DNA of 64,000 bases from an uncultured Gammaproteobacteria bacterium (lineage in GTDB: Bacteria; Patescibacteriota; Patescibacteriia; UBA1558; S5-K13), in assembly GCA_964424195.1 (NCBI GenBank), contig CAYRHT010000001.1:70102-134101 (forward strand), read 5' to 3'. The number at the start of each line of letters is the position of its first letter. The first letter of the stretch is position 1. Below, in pieces: positions 46,864-56,357 of the stretch. The notes beneath the pieces are model-generated. The model worked only from the letters and a program-made list of their open reading frames with translations, had not been told where the DNA came from and searched no databases. The position numbers and the translations under genes were made by a program.

Positions 46864-48249
46864 ATGATATATAATCCCGATACTAAAAAAACAATAGAAA
46901 TATTGAAGAATGATTTGAAAAGAATAACATTGTCAGACAACCACCATGAAGCTTTTTTGTTTTTTACTAAATTAGAAAAATTAATGAATACAGACTATTC
47001 TGCTACTTTAGATAAATCTGATCTTTCATTGCATGAAGATATGGTTATAAAGGCTAAATTTATAGCTTTATATAGATTAGGGGAAGATGAGGTTATTGAA
47101 CTAATAAATACAAAATTCAATTATATTAATAAAATCGAAGGATATAATATTTTAGATAAAATAGATTTCTTTTTAAAAACAAATTTTTATTTTTTTAATG
47201 ATCGAAACGATTTTAAAGAAAAGCTTAGAAATGTCTTATCTGAAAGCAAAATAAAAATAGGTTCAGAAAACATATCTATCAATAATGAAAAAGTAGATTC
47301 TAATATAGCTAACTGGTTAAGAGATTTTAGAAATAGTAATTTAGAAGAAGGTTTCTTAGATGCTTTAAAAGTTAGTGAATATATTGCAAGAGTTCAAAAT
47401 ATTAAATCTTTATCAAAAAAAGAAAAAAAAAGAATAGAAGTTTTAATTAAGTTGTATGCCCATTTAAAGTTAGATTCTAATAACGAGGGAATGGAAGAAT
47501 CATTTCTTTTTGAAAATGAAAATAGAGAATTAATGAGGTTAGAAAGAGGTGTTTTTAGTAAGATTGAAGATAGTGTTTTAAAGGATACATATGATTTATA
47601 TAATGAAGTTCAGAAAAAAACAGGAGGGGAATTATATAATTCTGATAAAAAGATAGATAAAGAGCCTGTTAAAAAAGTTTTTGAAACTCCAACAAAAGAA
47701 CAAGCTCAAGTTGAAAAAGTAGAAGAAAAGAAGTCTGTAGAAAAGCTATTAGAATCATACAAAGCTTTTGAAATAGATTTAAAGAGTATGGATGTTATTA
47801 TTAAGGAGCTAGAAAGATATAAGAATAATCCTAATGGTCTTTTTGAAAAATTTAATCAAGATTTAGAAAAAGAAAATAGAGACAGTCTTCTAGCTACTTT
47901 AGTCTTTATTTGTCAGAATAAGTTATTAGATAAATTCTTAAAAGAAAATGAAAATTTACTAATTGAATTTAAGAAATATTTGAGTTTTAAATTATCTGAT
48001 GATGTTGTTAAAAGTATAATTAACAAATCTACTAGTTTGGAAACAGTTAGTTTGTATTTACAATTTTTACTATTTAAGAAGATTAAACTCTCTGCAAAGA
48101 ATGCTGGTCTGTTTGGTATGCATTTAGCTAATATTTTAAAGCAGAATGGTCAAGAAAAATATTTTCCTATGGTTTATGGAGATGTTAATTTAGAACAATT
48201 TGTTTGGCGAGAAGTAATTGAGGAAAATGGTTTAGTAAAATTTAAATAA
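46864..48249 (+). CDS. Hypothetical protein
   Basis: 461-aa ORF co-oriented with the upstream cluster; no motif recognised. Confidence 0.75.
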   Translation: MIYNPDTKKTIEILKNDLKRITLSDNHHEAFLFFTKLEKLMNTDYSATLDKSDLSLHEDMVIKAKFIALYRLGEDEVIELINTKFNYINKIEGYNILDKIDFFLKTNFYFFNDRNDFKEKLRNVLSESKIKIGSENISINNEKVDSNIANWLRDFRNSNLEEGFLDALKVSEYIARVQNIKSLSKKEKKRIEVLIKLYAHLKLDSNNEGMEESFLFENENRELMRLERGVFSKIEDSVLKDTYDLYNEVQKKTGGELYNSDKKIDKEPVKKVFETPTKEQAQVEKVEEKKSVEKLLESYKAFEIDLKSMDVIIKELERYKNNPNGLFEKFNQDLEKENRDSLLATLVFICQNKLLDKFLKENENLLIEFKKYLSFKLSDDVVKSIINKSTSLETVSLYLQFLLFKKIKLSAKNAGLFGMHLANILKQNGQEKYFPMVYGDVNLEQFVWREVIEENGLVKFK

Positions 48250-48286
48250 TTAGATTTTAGCGGAGTTGAATTAGACTCTTTTTTAG

Positions 48287-48338
48287 TTGATTTTATTTTA
48301 TTAAACTGATATAATCTGATATAGTTAATATATCAGAT
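48287..48338 (+). promoter_or_regulatory. Fic promoter with inverted-repeat operator
   Basis: TTGATT-17-TATAAT; ATCTGATATA-gttaa-TATATCAGAT (48314-48338) plus extra half-site CTGATATA (48306-48313). Confidence 0.7.
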
Positions 48339-48344
48339 AAATAT

Positions 48345-49409
48345 ATGTTAAAAAATATCAATTTTGATCAGAGATTGCAAAATATTCCTGATAAAATTTG
48401 GTCTATTATAGTGCAAATCGATCAATTACAAGGACAGTGGATTGCAGGGGCAAAATTGAGCTCCCAAGTTTTAGGTCGTCTCAAACGATCTGTTTTAATT
48501 ACTTCTACTGGTGCCTCTACTCGTATTGAGGGGTCGAGACTTTCAGATGAAGATATTGAAAAAATGATGAAAGGTATTGATATTCAAAAATTTATAGACA
48601 GAGATAAACAAGAGGTTCAGGGTTATTACGAATTACTAGAGAATGTTTTTAATTCTTGGAGAACACTTCGTTTTAATGAAAGTATTATTAAGCACTTTCA
48701 TAATGAATTGCTTAAATATGTGGATAAAGATCAGGAACATAAAGGTAAATACAAGAAACAGGAGAATAAAGTTCATATGATTAATGAGGCTGGTGAATCA
48801 GTGGGTATATTATTTGATACTACTCCTGCTTATCTTACTCCTAAAGAAATGATGGAATTAATCGAGTGGACTGATAAAACTTTAGAAGAAAGAAAATATC
48901 ATCCACTTTTAATTGTTGCTAATTTTATTGTTGAATTTTTGAAAATTCATCCATTCCAAGATGGTAATGGTCGTGTTTCTCGTGTCTTAACGAATCTTTT
49001 ATTACTTAAAGAGGGCTATGAATATATGCCCTATGTGTCTCATGAAAAATTAGTAGAAGATAATAAGCCAGATTATTATATTGCATTACGTAAGAGTCAA
49101 AAAACAATCGGCTCTAAAAAAGAAGATATTATTTTATGGCTTGAGTTTTTTTTCACTGTTTTTTTAAAGCAATCTCAGATGGCGGTCGATTTGCTTTCAA
49201 AAGAAAATGTGGAAAAGCTTCTAACTCCTAAGCAAATGGCAGTTTGGCAGTATTTGCAGGAAAGTGATAAAATAACTACTCCTATGGAAATTGCTCAAAA
49301 AACTAAAGTTGCTCAGCCAACTGTTAGACAGGCTTTGGATAAATTGATGCGACTTAAAAAAATTGAACGAATTGGTCAAGGACGTAGTACTGGTTACAGA
49401 ACATTTTAA
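48345..49409 (+). CDS. Fic family protein with C-terminal winged HTH
   Basis: STRIEG inhibitory-type motif, HPFQDGNGRVSR Fic motif, wHTH ending IGQGRSTGY. Confidence 0.95.
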   Translation: MLKNINFDQRLQNIPDKIWSIIVQIDQLQGQWIAGAKLSSQVLGRLKRSVLITSTGASTRIEGSRLSDEDIEKMMKGIDIQKFIDRDKQEVQGYYELLENVFNSWRTLRFNESIIKHFHNELLKYVDKDQEHKGKYKKQENKVHMINEAGESVGILFDTTPAYLTPKEMMELIEWTDKTLEERKYHPLLIVANFIVEFLKIHPFQDGNGRVSRVLTNLLLLKEGYEYMPYVSHEKLVEDNKPDYYIALRKSQKTIGSKKEDIILWLEFFFTVFLKQSQMAVDLLSKENVEKLLTPKQMAVWQYLQESDKITTPMEIAQKTKVAQPTVRQALDKLMRLKKIERIGQGRSTGYRTF

Positions 49410-49481
49410 ACTAAAAGATAAAAATATATAGCTGGAATCTATTTTTTTATTATTTATCTTGTTAATTGGAATTAGGTATGT

Positions 49482-49525
49482 TATAATGTTTCTGTAAGTA
49501 CTAAATTAATTAGTAACTATAGAAA
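49482..49525 (+). promoter_or_regulatory. AbiE promoter -10 and imperfect inverted repeat
   Basis: TG-t-TATAAT (49482-49487); TTTCTGTAAGTACTAA-attaa-TTAGTAACTATAGAAA (13/16 inverted match). Confidence 0.55.
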
Positions 49526-50148
49526 TGATAGAAAATATTAAAAATTTGCCATATTTGTCTAAAACAGCTTTAGTTAATTTTTTGGATAAAAATTCTAATA
49601 CTTTAAGAAACTTAATAAGTTATTGGGTAAAAAATAAATCTTTGATCCGTTTAAAGAGGGGTTTTTTTGTATTTAAAAAATTTTTAGAAAAAAAAGATAA
49701 TTCTTTATATTATTCTCGATTTTTAGCAACCAAAATGATTGAACCCAGCTATTTAAGTAAAGAATTTATATTACAAGATTATCAAATGTTAACAGATGTA
49801 GTTTATAATTATTCAATAGTAACTACTAAAAAGACAAATTCTATTAGTAATGAGTTTGGTGTATTTAATTATCAATCAATCAAAAAAAATCTTTTCACTG
49901 GATTTTCCATGAAATCCTATGGTTCTATGGAATGGAATGTTGCTAGTAAGGCTAAAGCGTTATTTGATTATATTTATTTTAATCAGAATAAATTCAGTAA
50001 AATTAGCCAGAATGAATTATTAGGTTTGAGATTGGATTTAGATGTTATGAATAAACAAGATTGGAAGAAATATGAAAGATATTTATCAGTAGCACCATTT
50101 AAAATGATGGATATTTATAAAATAATGAAAAATTATGTTACCAAATAG
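49525..50148 (+). CDS. Type IV TA antitoxin, AbiEi-like
   Basis: wHTH with LIRLKRGFF, PSYLSKEFIL, AS.AKALFDYIY; overlaps the AbiEii gene. Confidence 0.85.
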   Translation: MIENIKNLPYLSKTALVNFLDKNSNTLRNLISYWVKNKSLIRLKRGFFVFKKFLEKKDNSLYYSRFLATKMIEPSYLSKEFILQDYQMLTDVVYNYSIVTTKKTNSISNEFGVFNYQSIKKNLFTGFSMKSYGSMEWNVASKAKALFDYIYFNQNKFSKISQNELLGLRLDLDVMNKQDWKKYERYLSVAPFKMMDIYKIMKNYVTK

Positions 50149-50980
50149 TTTAAAAAATATAGTTCAATCAGGTAGAGATAGGAATGCTTCTGTTGAATAT
50201 ATAAAAATAGAGTTAAAAGAGGTGTTAATTTATTATACTCTTAATTTTATTTATAATTCCCCTAAGTGGAATGGGTTAATTTTTGGTGGCGGGACAGCTT
50301 TGAAAATAATTGGTGAGACGTCGCGCTTGTCTGAGGATCTAGATATGGATTATATTGAGGGAAAATTTGATTCAGATTCATTCTTACGCGAGTTAATTGA
50401 GTATTTTAAACAACTAGGATTTGATAATATCAATTATACTTCTAGACAAAAGGGTAAGATTATTACTCTAAAATTTCCAATATTACAGGAATTGGGTTTA
50501 GTGAATAATATAAAATCAGAAAGTAATTTATTGTATTTAAAAATAGAAATAGAAAAAAATAAATATTCTGTTTATGGGATAAAAGCTACACCTATTATGA
50601 AAAGTAATTTGTTTTTTGTAGTAAAAAATTATGATTTAGAAACATTATTTGCGAATAAAATAGGTGCAATATTAGGAAGGAAAGAAAAAGTTTTTCAAGA
50701 TAAATTTGATTTTAAAGGACGGGATTTTTATGATTTAATTTGGTTTTTAGAGAAAGGTATTAAGCCGAATTTAAAAAGAGTACAGCAAATTGTTAAGGCT
50801 GAACAAGGTGAGGTAATAAAAGATTATGATGGTATTTGGAAACTAATAGAAAAGAGAATAAATAAAATTAATTCCAAAGGGATTTATACAGATATGAAGA
50901 ATTTAGTAGAGTCGCCAGAAGGAATAAAGCAGTTAGCGGATAATTTTCTAGATATTTATAGAGACTTGATAAAAAAATAA
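50135..50980 (+). CDS. Type IV TA toxin, AbiEii nucleotidyltransferase
   Basis: FGGGTAL, RLSEDLD, K..A..R, KGRDFYDLIW. Confidence 0.92.
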   Translation: MLPNSLKNIVQSGRDRNASVEYIKIELKEVLIYYTLNFIYNSPKWNGLIFGGGTALKIIGETSRLSEDLDMDYIEGKFDSDSFLRELIEYFKQLGFDNINYTSRQKGKIITLKFPILQELGLVNNIKSESNLLYLKIEIEKNKYSVYGIKATPIMKSNLFFVVKNYDLETLFANKIGAILGRKEKVFQDKFDFKGRDFYDLIWFLEKGIKPNLKRVQQIVKAEQGEVIKDYDGIWKLIEKRINKINSKGIYTDMKNLVESPEGIKQLADNFLDIYRDLIKK

Positions 50981-51037
50981 GGAATGTTGTATTTTAAATA
51001 CAGTACTCCTTATTATTATAAGAATATAAATAAATAT

Positions 51038-51595
51038 TTAAACTCTTTCTACGTATTCTCCAGTTTCAGTATTGATTCTAATAGTATCACCATCTTTAAC
51101 AAAGAGGGGGCATTTTACTTGAGCATCAGTTTCAATAGTAACTTGTTTAGAAGCAGTACCAGCAGTATCTCCTTTAATCCCAGGAGGGGCAGAAGTTACT
51201 TTAAAATCCATTTTAGTAGGTAGACTAATTGAAACAGCATCACCATTAAATTTTAATACATCTACTATAGTTCCTTCAATTAAATAGATAGATTGTTCAC
51301 CAACTATTTTTTCTGATAGAGAAAATTGTTCAAAACTTTCTTGATCCATGAAATAGAAATTATCTGAATCATTGTAGAGAAAACTAGCTTTAGTTCTTTC
51401 TAAATCAGCTTCTTCAGCTTTATCACTACCATTAAATGTTTTTTCTAGAACGTCACCAGTGATTAAATTCTTTAGTTTAGTTCTTAAAACAGCACTACTC
51501 CGAGCTTGCTTAGAGTGTTGAGCAGCTACAATCTTATATGGTTGATTATTAAGAGAAATAATCTTATTTAATTTTAAGTCACTAAATTCTAACAT
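51038..51595 (-). CDS. efp: Elongation factor P
   Basis: KLKNLITG, PPGIKGDTA, V.CPLFV..GD.IRINT.TGEYVER. Confidence 0.96.
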   Translation of the reverse strand: MLEFSDLKLNKIISLNNQPYKIVAAQHSKQARSSAVLRTKLKNLITGDVLEKTFNGSDKAEEADLERTKASFLYNDSDNFYFMDQESFEQFSLSEKIVGEQSIYLIEGTIVDVLKFNGDAVSISLPTKMDFKVTSAPPGIKGDTAGTASKQVTIETDAQVKCPLFVKDGDTIRINTETGEYVERV

Positions 51596-51600
51596 ACTTT

Positions 51601-51855
51601 TTATTTAGTATATGGTAAAAGACCCATAAATCTTGCTCTTTTGATAGCTTTAGAAAGTTTTCTTTGGTGTTTAGAACAAATTCCACTTCTTTTCTTAGGT
51701 ACTATCTTAGAGTAAGAACTAATGAATCTTTGTAAGATTTGAGTATCTTTGAAATCAATATAATCTGCTTTTTTAAAGCAAAAATAACAATACTTCTTTT
51801 TAGCTAAAGGATTCTTATTATTTCTATTATTGATTTTTCTGGTTTTCTTCTTCAT
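51601..51855 (-). CDS. rpsR: 30S ribosomal protein S18
   Basis: CYFC, IDFKD, KIVP..RSG.CSKHQR.L..AIKRAR..GLLPY. Confidence 0.97.
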   Translation of the reverse strand: MKKKTRKINNRNNKNPLAKKKYCYFCFKKADYIDFKDTQILQRFISSYSKIVPKKRSGICSKHQRKLSKAIKRARFMGLLPYTK

Positions 51856-51919
51856 AGGTTTAATTTTATTCTCACTGGCGGGTTTTTAAACCCCTGGGTT
51901 TGCCAATAAGGTTAATAAT

Positions 51920-52357
51920 TTAAAATGGGATATCTTCAATATTAATTTCTTCTTCAGAGTCTTCACTTGGTTTTTGTGGTGTAGAGTCTTCGCTAGGAGC
52001 AGCAGGAGCGCTATTAGAAGTATTACTTGACTTACTATCCAACATAATCATATTATCAGCTACAATCTCTGTTCGGTACTTTTTAACTCCGTTTTGATCC
52101 TCCCAAGATCTAGTTTGTAATCTACCTTCTAAATAGATTCGACTACCTTTTTTTAGATATTGAGTGATAATTTCAGCTAATTTTCTCCAAGCTACTATAT
52201 TATGAAATTCTGTTTTTTCTTGTTTTTCACCATTTCCATCTTTCCATACTAGATTAGTAGCTAATGAAAATGAAACAACAGTTTGTCCAGTAGGAGTAGT
52301 TCTTGATTCTGGATCAGCTGTTAATCTTCCAATAATTGTTGCTTTGTTTAAATCCAT
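51920..52357 (-). CDS. ssb: Single-stranded DNA-binding protein (ATG at 52357; ORF track starts at 52366)
   Basis: LNKA.IIGRLT.DPE, EGRLQTRSW, C-terminal DIPF. Confidence 0.97.
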   Translation of the reverse strand: MDLNKATIIGRLTADPESRTTPTGQTVVSFSLATNLVWKDGNGEKQEKTEFHNIVAWRKLAEIITQYLKKGSRIYLEGRLQTRSWEDQNGVKKYRTEIVADNMIMLDSKSSNTSNSAPAAPSEDSTPQKPSEDSEEEINIEDIPF

Positions 52358-52378
52358 ATATTTCAAATTAAAGATTAT

Positions 52379-52885
52379 TTAATTAATTATATCATCATTT
52401 AATATCTCATCTAACTTTTTATCTAAATCCTTAAGATCTTTTTTACCAGCATCTTTATCTTCTTTCTTTTCTTCTTCAGGAGCTTCTTCTTTAATTTCTT
52501 TTTCTTTCTTTTCTTCAACTTTGTCTTTAGCGGGAGTAGAATCTTTAGATTTAGCTTTTTTAACCTCTTCCATGTCGATTACTTTTACATTCTCAGGTTT
52601 TTTAACAACTAGATATCTAATTATAGTTTTATCTAATTTTAATTCCTTTTCAATAGCTTTTAAGGTTTTAGGTTCTAGATTAAATTCTAGACAAATAAAA
52701 ACACCCTTTAATAGTTTTTCAATAGGGTAGCTTAGTTTTTTTCTTCCTAAATTTTCTTCAGAAGTAATTTCACCTTTATTATCAGTTATTAATCCTTTGA
52801 CCTTCTCAATAATTTCAGAAAGTTCATTATCAGGAATATTGGGATTGATAATAGTGGTTAATTCATAATGTGTAATATTGCTCAT
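52379..52885 (-). CDS. rpsF: 30S ribosomal protein S6 with charged C-terminal extension
   Basis: YEL..IINP, LGRKKLSYPIEK, IIRYLVV; rpsF-ssb-rpsR gene order. Confidence 0.95.
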   Translation of the reverse strand: MSNITHYELTTIINPNIPDNELSEIIEKVKGLITDNKGEITSEENLGRKKLSYPIEKLLKGVFICLEFNLEPKTLKAIEKELKLDKTIIRYLVVKKPENVKVIDMEEVKKAKSKDSTPAKDKVEEKKEKEIKEEAPEEEKKEDKDAGKKDLKDLDKKLDEILNDDIIN

Positions 52886-53027
52886 GTTTTTTGTAATTTA
52901 ATATAAAAACATATATAAATATGTTGTAATAGAAAGTTATCATTTATTTTAAATTAAGTCAAGAACATTTCTGCTCCTGAAGCGTAAATATGTTATAATT
53001 AAGGCATCATAATTAATATATAAAAAT

Positions 53028-53291
53028 ATGGGAGATGATATTCAACAAAAATCTGTAGAAGCATATTTTATAGAATTAGAAGTGCCAGAAGATAAGAAGG
53101 AAAAGGTTTTAATGTCCATTACTAATATGGTTTACAGTAGAAATCAAAGAATTATTGAATTAGAAAAAGAAACAGACACTGATCAAAGAACTGATTTATT
53201 AAAAATCATAGAAGAGAAAGAACTTTTGATTAAAGAAAAAATTAATAAAGTTTTAGCGGGTGAAGAGGAAAAAATAACTTATGACTACTAA
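53028..53291 (+). CDS. Hypothetical protein
   Basis: 87-aa helical ORF overlapping the gpmI start; TG-TATAAT upstream. Confidence 0.65.
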   Translation: MGDDIQQKSVEAYFIELEVPEDKKEKVLMSITNMVYSRNQRIIELEKETDTDQRTDLLKIIEEKELLIKEKINKVLAGEEEKITYDY

Positions 53292-54861
53292 TCCAGTTGC
53301 TTTAATCATTCTAGATGGTTGGGGAGTGTGTTCGTCATCTATTGGTAATGCTATCTCTTTAGCCAAACTTGAATATTGGGACTATTTACTTAAAAATTAT
53401 CCTAGTTTTCTATTACAAGCTTCTGGAGAAGCAGTAGGCTTACCCTATGGTGAAGTAGGTAATTCAGAAGTTGGACATTTAACTATTGGTTCAGGACAAA
53501 TAGTTCTTCAAAGTTTAAATAGAATTAATAAAGCTATCTTAGATGGTAGTTTTTTTAAGAACCAAGAATTAATTAATTCTATTCAACATGCTCAAAAGAA
53601 TGATTCAGCTCTACACTTAGTAGGTCTTCTAGGAACAGGAGGAATTCATGCTTACCAGGCTCATTTAGAAGCTCTAGTTAAAATGGCAGCAGAGTATAAA
53701 TTGAAAAAAGTATATTTGCATTTATTTTTGGATGGACGAGATACTGGAAAAGATAAAGGGAGTGAATTTTTACAAAATTTACAAAAAACTTTAGAAGAAT
53801 TTCAATGTGGAAAAATTGCTAGTTTAAGTGGTCGTTTTTATGGTATGGATCGGAATAATAATTGGGATAGAATTAAACTCAGTTATGATAGTATTGTTAA
53901 TGGAAAAGCAGAAGAAGCTTTTGAAGACCCTCTATTAGCAATTAGAGATTCCTATGCACATAATATTTTTGATGAGGCAATGAAACCAATAGTAATTGAA
54001 AAAGATGGGAAAGCTGTCGGAGAAATAAATGATAATGATGCTGTAATATTTTTTAATTTTAGAGCTGATCGAGCTCGTCAATTAACTAAGGCTTTAGTTG
54101 GAGATGATTTTACAGAATTTGATCGTCCGAAGAAGTTTAATAATCTTTTAATGACTACTTTTACTGAGTATGAGCATGATTTACCAGTTAAAATAGCTTT
54201 TGGTCGACCAGAGATACATGAAACATTAGCTAGCGTTATTAGTAAGGCTAATCTAAATCAATTACATTTAGCAGAAACTGAAAAATATGCTCATGTTACT
54301 TTCTTTTTTAATGGTTTAAAAGAAGATAAATTTACAAATGAAGAAAGAATTTTAGTTCCATCTCCAAATGTAGAAACTTATGATTTACAACCAGAAATGT
54401 CAGCCCCTTTAATTACCGAACAATTAATTGGAGCAGTGAATAGTAAAAAACATGATTTCTATGTTATTAATTATGCTAATCCAGACATGGTTGGCCATAC
54501 TGGTAATTTACCGGCTTCAATTCAAGCTGTAAAAGCAATAGACAGTTATTTATCTCAAGTTATTCCTGCAATTTTACAACAGAATGGAACAGTTCTAATT
54601 ACAGCTGACCATGGTAATGCTGAAGAAATTGTTAATTTAAAGACTGGTGAAATTGACAAGGAACATAGTAATTTTCCAGTTCCTTTAGTTGTTGTTAATA
54701 ATGCTTTAAAGAACAAAACTCAAGCCATTAACAATGATATTTTACATCAACAACAAATATCTGGAGTTTTATCTGATATTGCTCCTACAGTCTTAGCATT
54801 TTTAAAATTACAACCTAGTGAGCATATGAAGGGGATTAATTTGGCTAGGAAGTTTTTTTGA
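53281..54861 (+). CDS. gpmI: 2,3-BPG-independent phosphoglycerate mutase
   Basis: LIILDGWG, GNSEVGH, DGRDT, NFRADRARQ, AETEKYAHVT, DMVGHTG, TADHGNAE. Confidence 0.98.
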   Translation: MTTNPVALIILDGWGVCSSSIGNAISLAKLEYWDYLLKNYPSFLLQASGEAVGLPYGEVGNSEVGHLTIGSGQIVLQSLNRINKAILDGSFFKNQELINSIQHAQKNDSALHLVGLLGTGGIHAYQAHLEALVKMAAEYKLKKVYLHLFLDGRDTGKDKGSEFLQNLQKTLEEFQCGKIASLSGRFYGMDRNNNWDRIKLSYDSIVNGKAEEAFEDPLLAIRDSYAHNIFDEAMKPIVIEKDGKAVGEINDNDAVIFFNFRADRARQLTKALVGDDFTEFDRPKKFNNLLMTTFTEYEHDLPVKIAFGRPEIHETLASVISKANLNQLHLAETEKYAHVTFFFNGLKEDKFTNEERILVPSPNVETYDLQPEMSAPLITEQLIGAVNSKKHDFYVINYANPDMVGHTGNLPASIQAVKAIDSYLSQVIPAILQQNGTVLITADHGNAEEIVNLKTGEIDKEHSNFPVPLVVVNNALKNKTQAINNDILHQQQISGVLSDIAPTVLAFLKLQPSEHMKGINLARKFF

Positions 54862-54878
54862 AAAGAGTAAACACATTT

Positions 54879-54907
54879 AAGAAAGGATTTTTAATTCTTT
54901 CTTTTTT
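54879..54907 (+). terminator. Intrinsic terminator after gpmI
   Basis: AAGAAAGGATT-ttt-AATTCTTTCTTTTTT. Confidence 0.55.
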
Positions 54908-54912
54908 AGTCC

Positions 54913-54946
54913 TTGACAAAATATAGTTATGGGTATATACTTATAA
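54913..54946 (+). promoter_or_regulatory. Promoter with overlapping palindromic operator candidate
   Basis: TTGACA-17-TATACT; TTATGGGTAT-ATACTTATAA at 54927-54946. Confidence 0.7.
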
Positions 54947-55009
54947 TGTAAGTAATAATTTTTATTAGAGATTAATTTATTTCTAGTAAAAAAAGAAAGG
55001 AATAAATAT

Positions 55010-55222
55010 ATGCCAAATTTTGATAGAAAAGGGCCCAGAGGAGAAGGCTCAGGAACTGGTAGAGGAATGGGTCGTTGTGGTGCTAAAAGAGATCGGAGTC
55101 AAGGTTTTAGATTTCAAAGATTTTCTTCTCAAAAAGAAGAGATTAAAGATCTAAAATCTTATCAAGAAGATTTAAATAATGAATTGAAGGCCGTAAAGGA
55201 AAAGCTTAAAAATGATAAATAA
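55010..55222 (+). CDS. DUF5320-like small Gly/Arg-rich protein
   Basis: MP.FD..GP.G.G..TGRG.G.C N-terminus and coiled-coil C-terminus. Confidence 0.8.
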   Translation: MPNFDRKGPRGEGSGTGRGMGRCGAKRDRSQGFRFQRFSSQKEEIKDLKSYQEDLNNELKAVKEKLKNDK

Positions 55223-55283
55223 TTTATTTTAAAGAAGGGAGTTGAAGTTAATCATCTCTTTTCTTTTTTTCTGTTTTCGATTA

Positions 55284-55303
55284 TTATAAGTATATACCTT
55301 AAA
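55284..55303. promoter_or_regulatory. Second copy of the operator candidate, upstream of DUF134
   Basis: TTATAAGTATATACCTTAAA; its reverse complement shares GGTATATACTTATAA with the 54927 site. Confidence 0.55.
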
Positions 55304-55330
55304 TCATTTTTTAATTATTAATTATGATAT

Positions 55331-55606
55331 ATGCCTAGGCCAAAGTTATTTAGAAAAATTTGTTTAAAAATAAAGTCAGATTATTTTAAACCTCGAGGAA
55401 TTCCAATGAAAAAATTGGATGTTATTTTTCTTTCTAAAGAAGAATTAGAGGCTTTACGTTTAAAAAATGTTAAAGATTTAGACCAAAATGAAGCTGCCCA
55501 GAAAATGAATACTTCTCAAAGTACTTTTCAAAGAATTTTGAGCTCGGCTTATAAGAAAGTAAGTGAAGCTTTAGTTAAAGGCAAAGCAATTAAAATTGAT
55601 AAATGA
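55331..55606 (+). CDS. DUF134 family HTH protein
   Basis: MPRP..R, FKPRGIP, EELEALRL, Q.EAA.KM..SQSTFQRIL.SA.KK. Confidence 0.92.
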   Translation: MPRPKLFRKICLKIKSDYFKPRGIPMKKLDVIFLSKEELEALRLKNVKDLDQNEAAQKMNTSQSTFQRILSSAYKKVSEALVKGKAIKIDK

Positions 55607-55619
55607 TAATAATTAATAT

Positions 55620-56357
55620 ATGAGTACATTTTGGATTGTGATCTTGAGTTCGGTGGTTATGAGTTTATTAGCTCTAGTAGGTTTATTTACTTTGATATTA
55701 AAGGAAAAAACTTTGAAGAAAATTATTTTACCTTTGGTTGCTTTTTCAGCTGGCGCTTTGTTAGGGGGAGCTTTTTTACATATGATTCCAGAGAGTATTG
55801 GAAAATTTAAGACTAATCAAGAAGTTTTTATTTTAGTATTAATTGGTTTTGCAATATTTTTTTTATTAGAGCAATTTATTCATTGGCATCATTGTCATCG
55901 TCTTCCTTCGGAACATAAACAACCAGTAACTTATTTAATATTAATAGCAGATGCTATTCATAATTTTATTGGTGGCTTAGCTATTGCTAGTGCTTTTATT
56001 ATTGATTTGAGAATAGGAGTTGTTACCTGGATTGCTGCTGCTGCTCATGAGATTCCTCAAGAATTGGGGGATTTTGGGATTTTGATTCACGGTGGTTGGA
56101 GCAAAAAGAAAGCTTTGATTTTTAATTTTATTTCAGCATCGACAATCATTCTCGGAGCTTTATTAGCTTATTTTTTATCTAATCATATTAATATTGCTTT
56201 TTTAATTCCTTTAGCAGCTGGTAATTTTATTTATATTGCTTGTTCAGATTTAATTCCGGAAATAAAACATGGGTGTAGTGTTAAAAACAATATTATTCAT
56301 TTTATATTTTTTATATTAGGAATTTTATTAATATATTTAGTAAGTTTTATTCATTAA
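55620..56357 (+). CDS. ZIP family metal (zinc) transporter
   Basis: FSAGALLGGAFLHMIPE, HWHHCH, DAIHNF, HEIPQELGDF. Confidence 0.93.
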   Translation: MSTFWIVILSSVVMSLLALVGLFTLILKEKTLKKIILPLVAFSAGALLGGAFLHMIPESIGKFKTNQEVFILVLIGFAIFFLLEQFIHWHHCHRLPSEHKQPVTYLILIADAIHNFIGGLAIASAFIIDLRIGVVTWIAAAAHEIPQELGDFGILIHGGWSKKKALIFNFISASTIILGALLAYFLSNHINIAFLIPLAAGNFIYIACSDLIPEIKHGCSVKNNIIHFIFFILGILLIYLVSFIH

